From: the human T2T-CHM13v2.0 reference genome, Homo sapiens
Length of the DNA: 64,000 nt
NCBI RefSeq assembly: GCF_009914755.1
Contig: NC_060926.1
Direction: 5' to 3' (one strand)
The stretch's first letter is position 1, and every line of letters starts with the position of its first letter. The translations under genes and the position numbers were made by a program. The notes beneath the pieces were generated by a model that was not told where the DNA came from, ran no database searches, and saw only the letters and a program-made list of their open reading frames with translations. Below are positions 61,924-64,000 of this stretch, piece by piece.

Positions 61924-63313
61924 AAAGACCTTACTGAATGACTCAGTATGTGAGTCATTCACTTACTAGAAAGTATCAAAAACAAAGCACATTTATATAT
62001 TTCCAAAGATTATGTATTTATTTTACTTTCTTTGAAAGCTAGTAAAGTTTGATTTTTTAAATATTTCTTAGTCATTAATATTTCTTCTTTTCTAAGTTAT
62101 TCCTTCATGTTCTTTGATCAATGTTCTATTTGGAATTTTAAAATTTATTTGCAAGAGAGCTCTCCTATAATATTTACAAAATCAATAGTTTCCATATTTT
62201 TATAACTATTTTTTCCTGCTTGTCATTTGTATTTTATCTTTGTTAATTTTTATTGTGTGGAAGCTTTCAAATTAGTCACATTTAAAAATATTTACTCTAA
62301 TGGTTTCTACCTTTATTGACGTACTGATAAAGATCATCACTATCTCATGATTATATAAATATCTACTTACATTCTTTCACATGCTCTTATGCCTTTTGGG
62401 TTTTTTAACATTTGAATCTTAGTCTACTTGAAATTTATTTTGGTATGACATATGAGAAAGAATTCTAACAGTGTTTGCCCCCAGATTTGGACATCTGTCC
62501 CCAATGTATTAAATACCTTAAACATATGCCAGTTTATCTTATTTACTTGGGTCTATTTTGGGGCTTCCAATTTTGTGGACAGTTTAATTTTAAATTGGTC
62601 ATTTGACTCCTAAAATTTTTAATTAATAAATGCGTGAAAGTAAAAGGCAGAAAACTGGAAAAAATTATTACAGCCACTATGACAGACAAATGGTTGACAA
62701 CATTAATATGATAAATCATACAAGTCAACAAAAAACTACCAAAACGTCTTCGGGGAAGGTGGAAGATGGGTAAAGGATAAGCAGGGAAAATTCATAATAG
62801 AAAAATAAATGACTACTGTAAACATGGTAAAGTGACATCCACCCTATAGTAGTCAAATAAATATGTTTAAAAAATTAGATAACACTTATTAAATTGTCCA
62901 ATTAGCAAGGACTGTCTCATAAAGCAACTTTTAAAATCTCTTTAAAGTTAAGAATCTCAGGAGAAAGGCATTCTTACACTTCCCAGCAGGCATATAAATT
63001 GGAAGAATGATTTTTAAAAACAATCTGGCAATAGCAAACAAGAGTCATAAAACAGTATACATCCTTTGACTCAGCAATTTCCTTCAGACTCTAGCCTAGA
63101 AAATAATGTGGAATGTAGTAAAAGATTTATACACAAAGACATTCACCTTAGTTTTATTTAAATCAAAAATAGAAAGTAGGTTAAAAAATCCAGTAAAATA
63201 ATGAATATATAAATCATAGCATAACCACAGTATCAAATACTCTAGCTATTTAAAATAGTTATTTACAAACCTGTTTAACAACATGTGGAAAGTGTTACAA
63301 AGTTATGTGAATG

Positions 63314-64000
63314 AGGCAGGCCCAGTGTTGCTGGGGGGTTATGGGCAGGCCCTGGGGGTCTTCAGGGACCTCAGGGGCAGAAGGGGCTGGGGAGTGAGGG
63401 GCCGGCTGTGCTTCTCACGCAGGGCCCTCATTGGCACCTGGCCTTGGGCAGTGGCAAGTATGTGGGCCATCATGTCACACATGCTCCTGCACCTCCACAG
63501 CAGCTGGCAGGTGGACCAGGCCATCCTCCCAGGAGAGGACTGCATGGCTGTCATTCGCTTCGGCCACGGCTGGGACCCCACATGCATGAAAATGGATAAG
63601 GTCTTGTACAGCATCATTGAGAAGGTTAAAGATTTTGCAGTTATTTTTCTTGTGAATATTACCAAAGTACCTGACTTCAACAAAATGTATGAGTTATATG
63701 ATCCATGCACTATCATGTTTTTCTTCAGGAACAAGCACATCATGGTTGTCTTGGGGACTGGCAACAACAAGATTAACTGGGCCATGGAGGACAAGCAGGA
63801 GATGGTCGACATCATAGAGACCGTGGACTGTAGGGCCCTCAATGGTGGCGACCTGGTCTTGTCCCCAAAAACTACTCCACCAAGTCCAGATACTGAAGCG
63901 CCCTCAGGCTGTGTGGATAAATGTTGTGGAGGCCTTTTCATGTAGAAACCTTTTAAACTATTTCAAGCCTTTGGAAAAGTACATGAAGTCCAGGGCTGGA
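63314..64000 (+). pseudogene. TXNL4AP1: Processed retrocopy of TXNL4A (Dim1/U5-15kD); parental CDS equivalent 63472-63896; 3'UTR runs off the window
   Basis: Intronless MSHMLLHLHSSWQVDQAIL...IRFGHGWDPTCMKMD...VPDFNKMYELYDPCTIMFFFRNKHIM...KINWAMEDKQEMVDIIETV, roughly 80% identical to recalled human TXNL4A; GC-rich 5'UTR-like leader; 1-bp deletion near the C-terminus. The symbol is from memory. Confidence 0.9.

Noticed and set aside
63339-63941. 200-aa minus-strand ORF
   Set aside because: Antisense shadow of the TXNL4A retrocopy with no independent support.

Overview
Primate (very likely human) genomic DNA from the 5' part of ZNF385B, which is transcribed on the minus strand. Two exons are supported by splice signals: a 152-nt 5'UTR exon (19711-19862) and a 300-nt first coding exon (18693-18992) encoding the first matrin/JAZ-type C2H2 finger. 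The rest is intronic and dominated by interspersed repeats: a full-length, ORF-disrupted L1PA4/5-like LINE-1 (~1084-7276, sense to the gene), older L1M/L1PA15-16/L1PB copies, 12 Alus, MaLR and ERVL LTRs, Tigger1, hAT elements, L2 and MIR. A TXNL4A (Dim1) processed retrocopy sits at the right end. I found no evidence of a new multi-gene system. The best leads are a uORF/alternative-start arrangement in the ZNF385B leader (including an ATG created by the splice junction), a candidate AG|GT recursive splice site just after the coding exon, a retrocopy ORF with no premature stop, an extended L1 ORF0 frame, an internally deleted L1PB and a closely spaced inverted AluY pair. Gene and repeat-subfamily names come from recalled sequences, not from a search.
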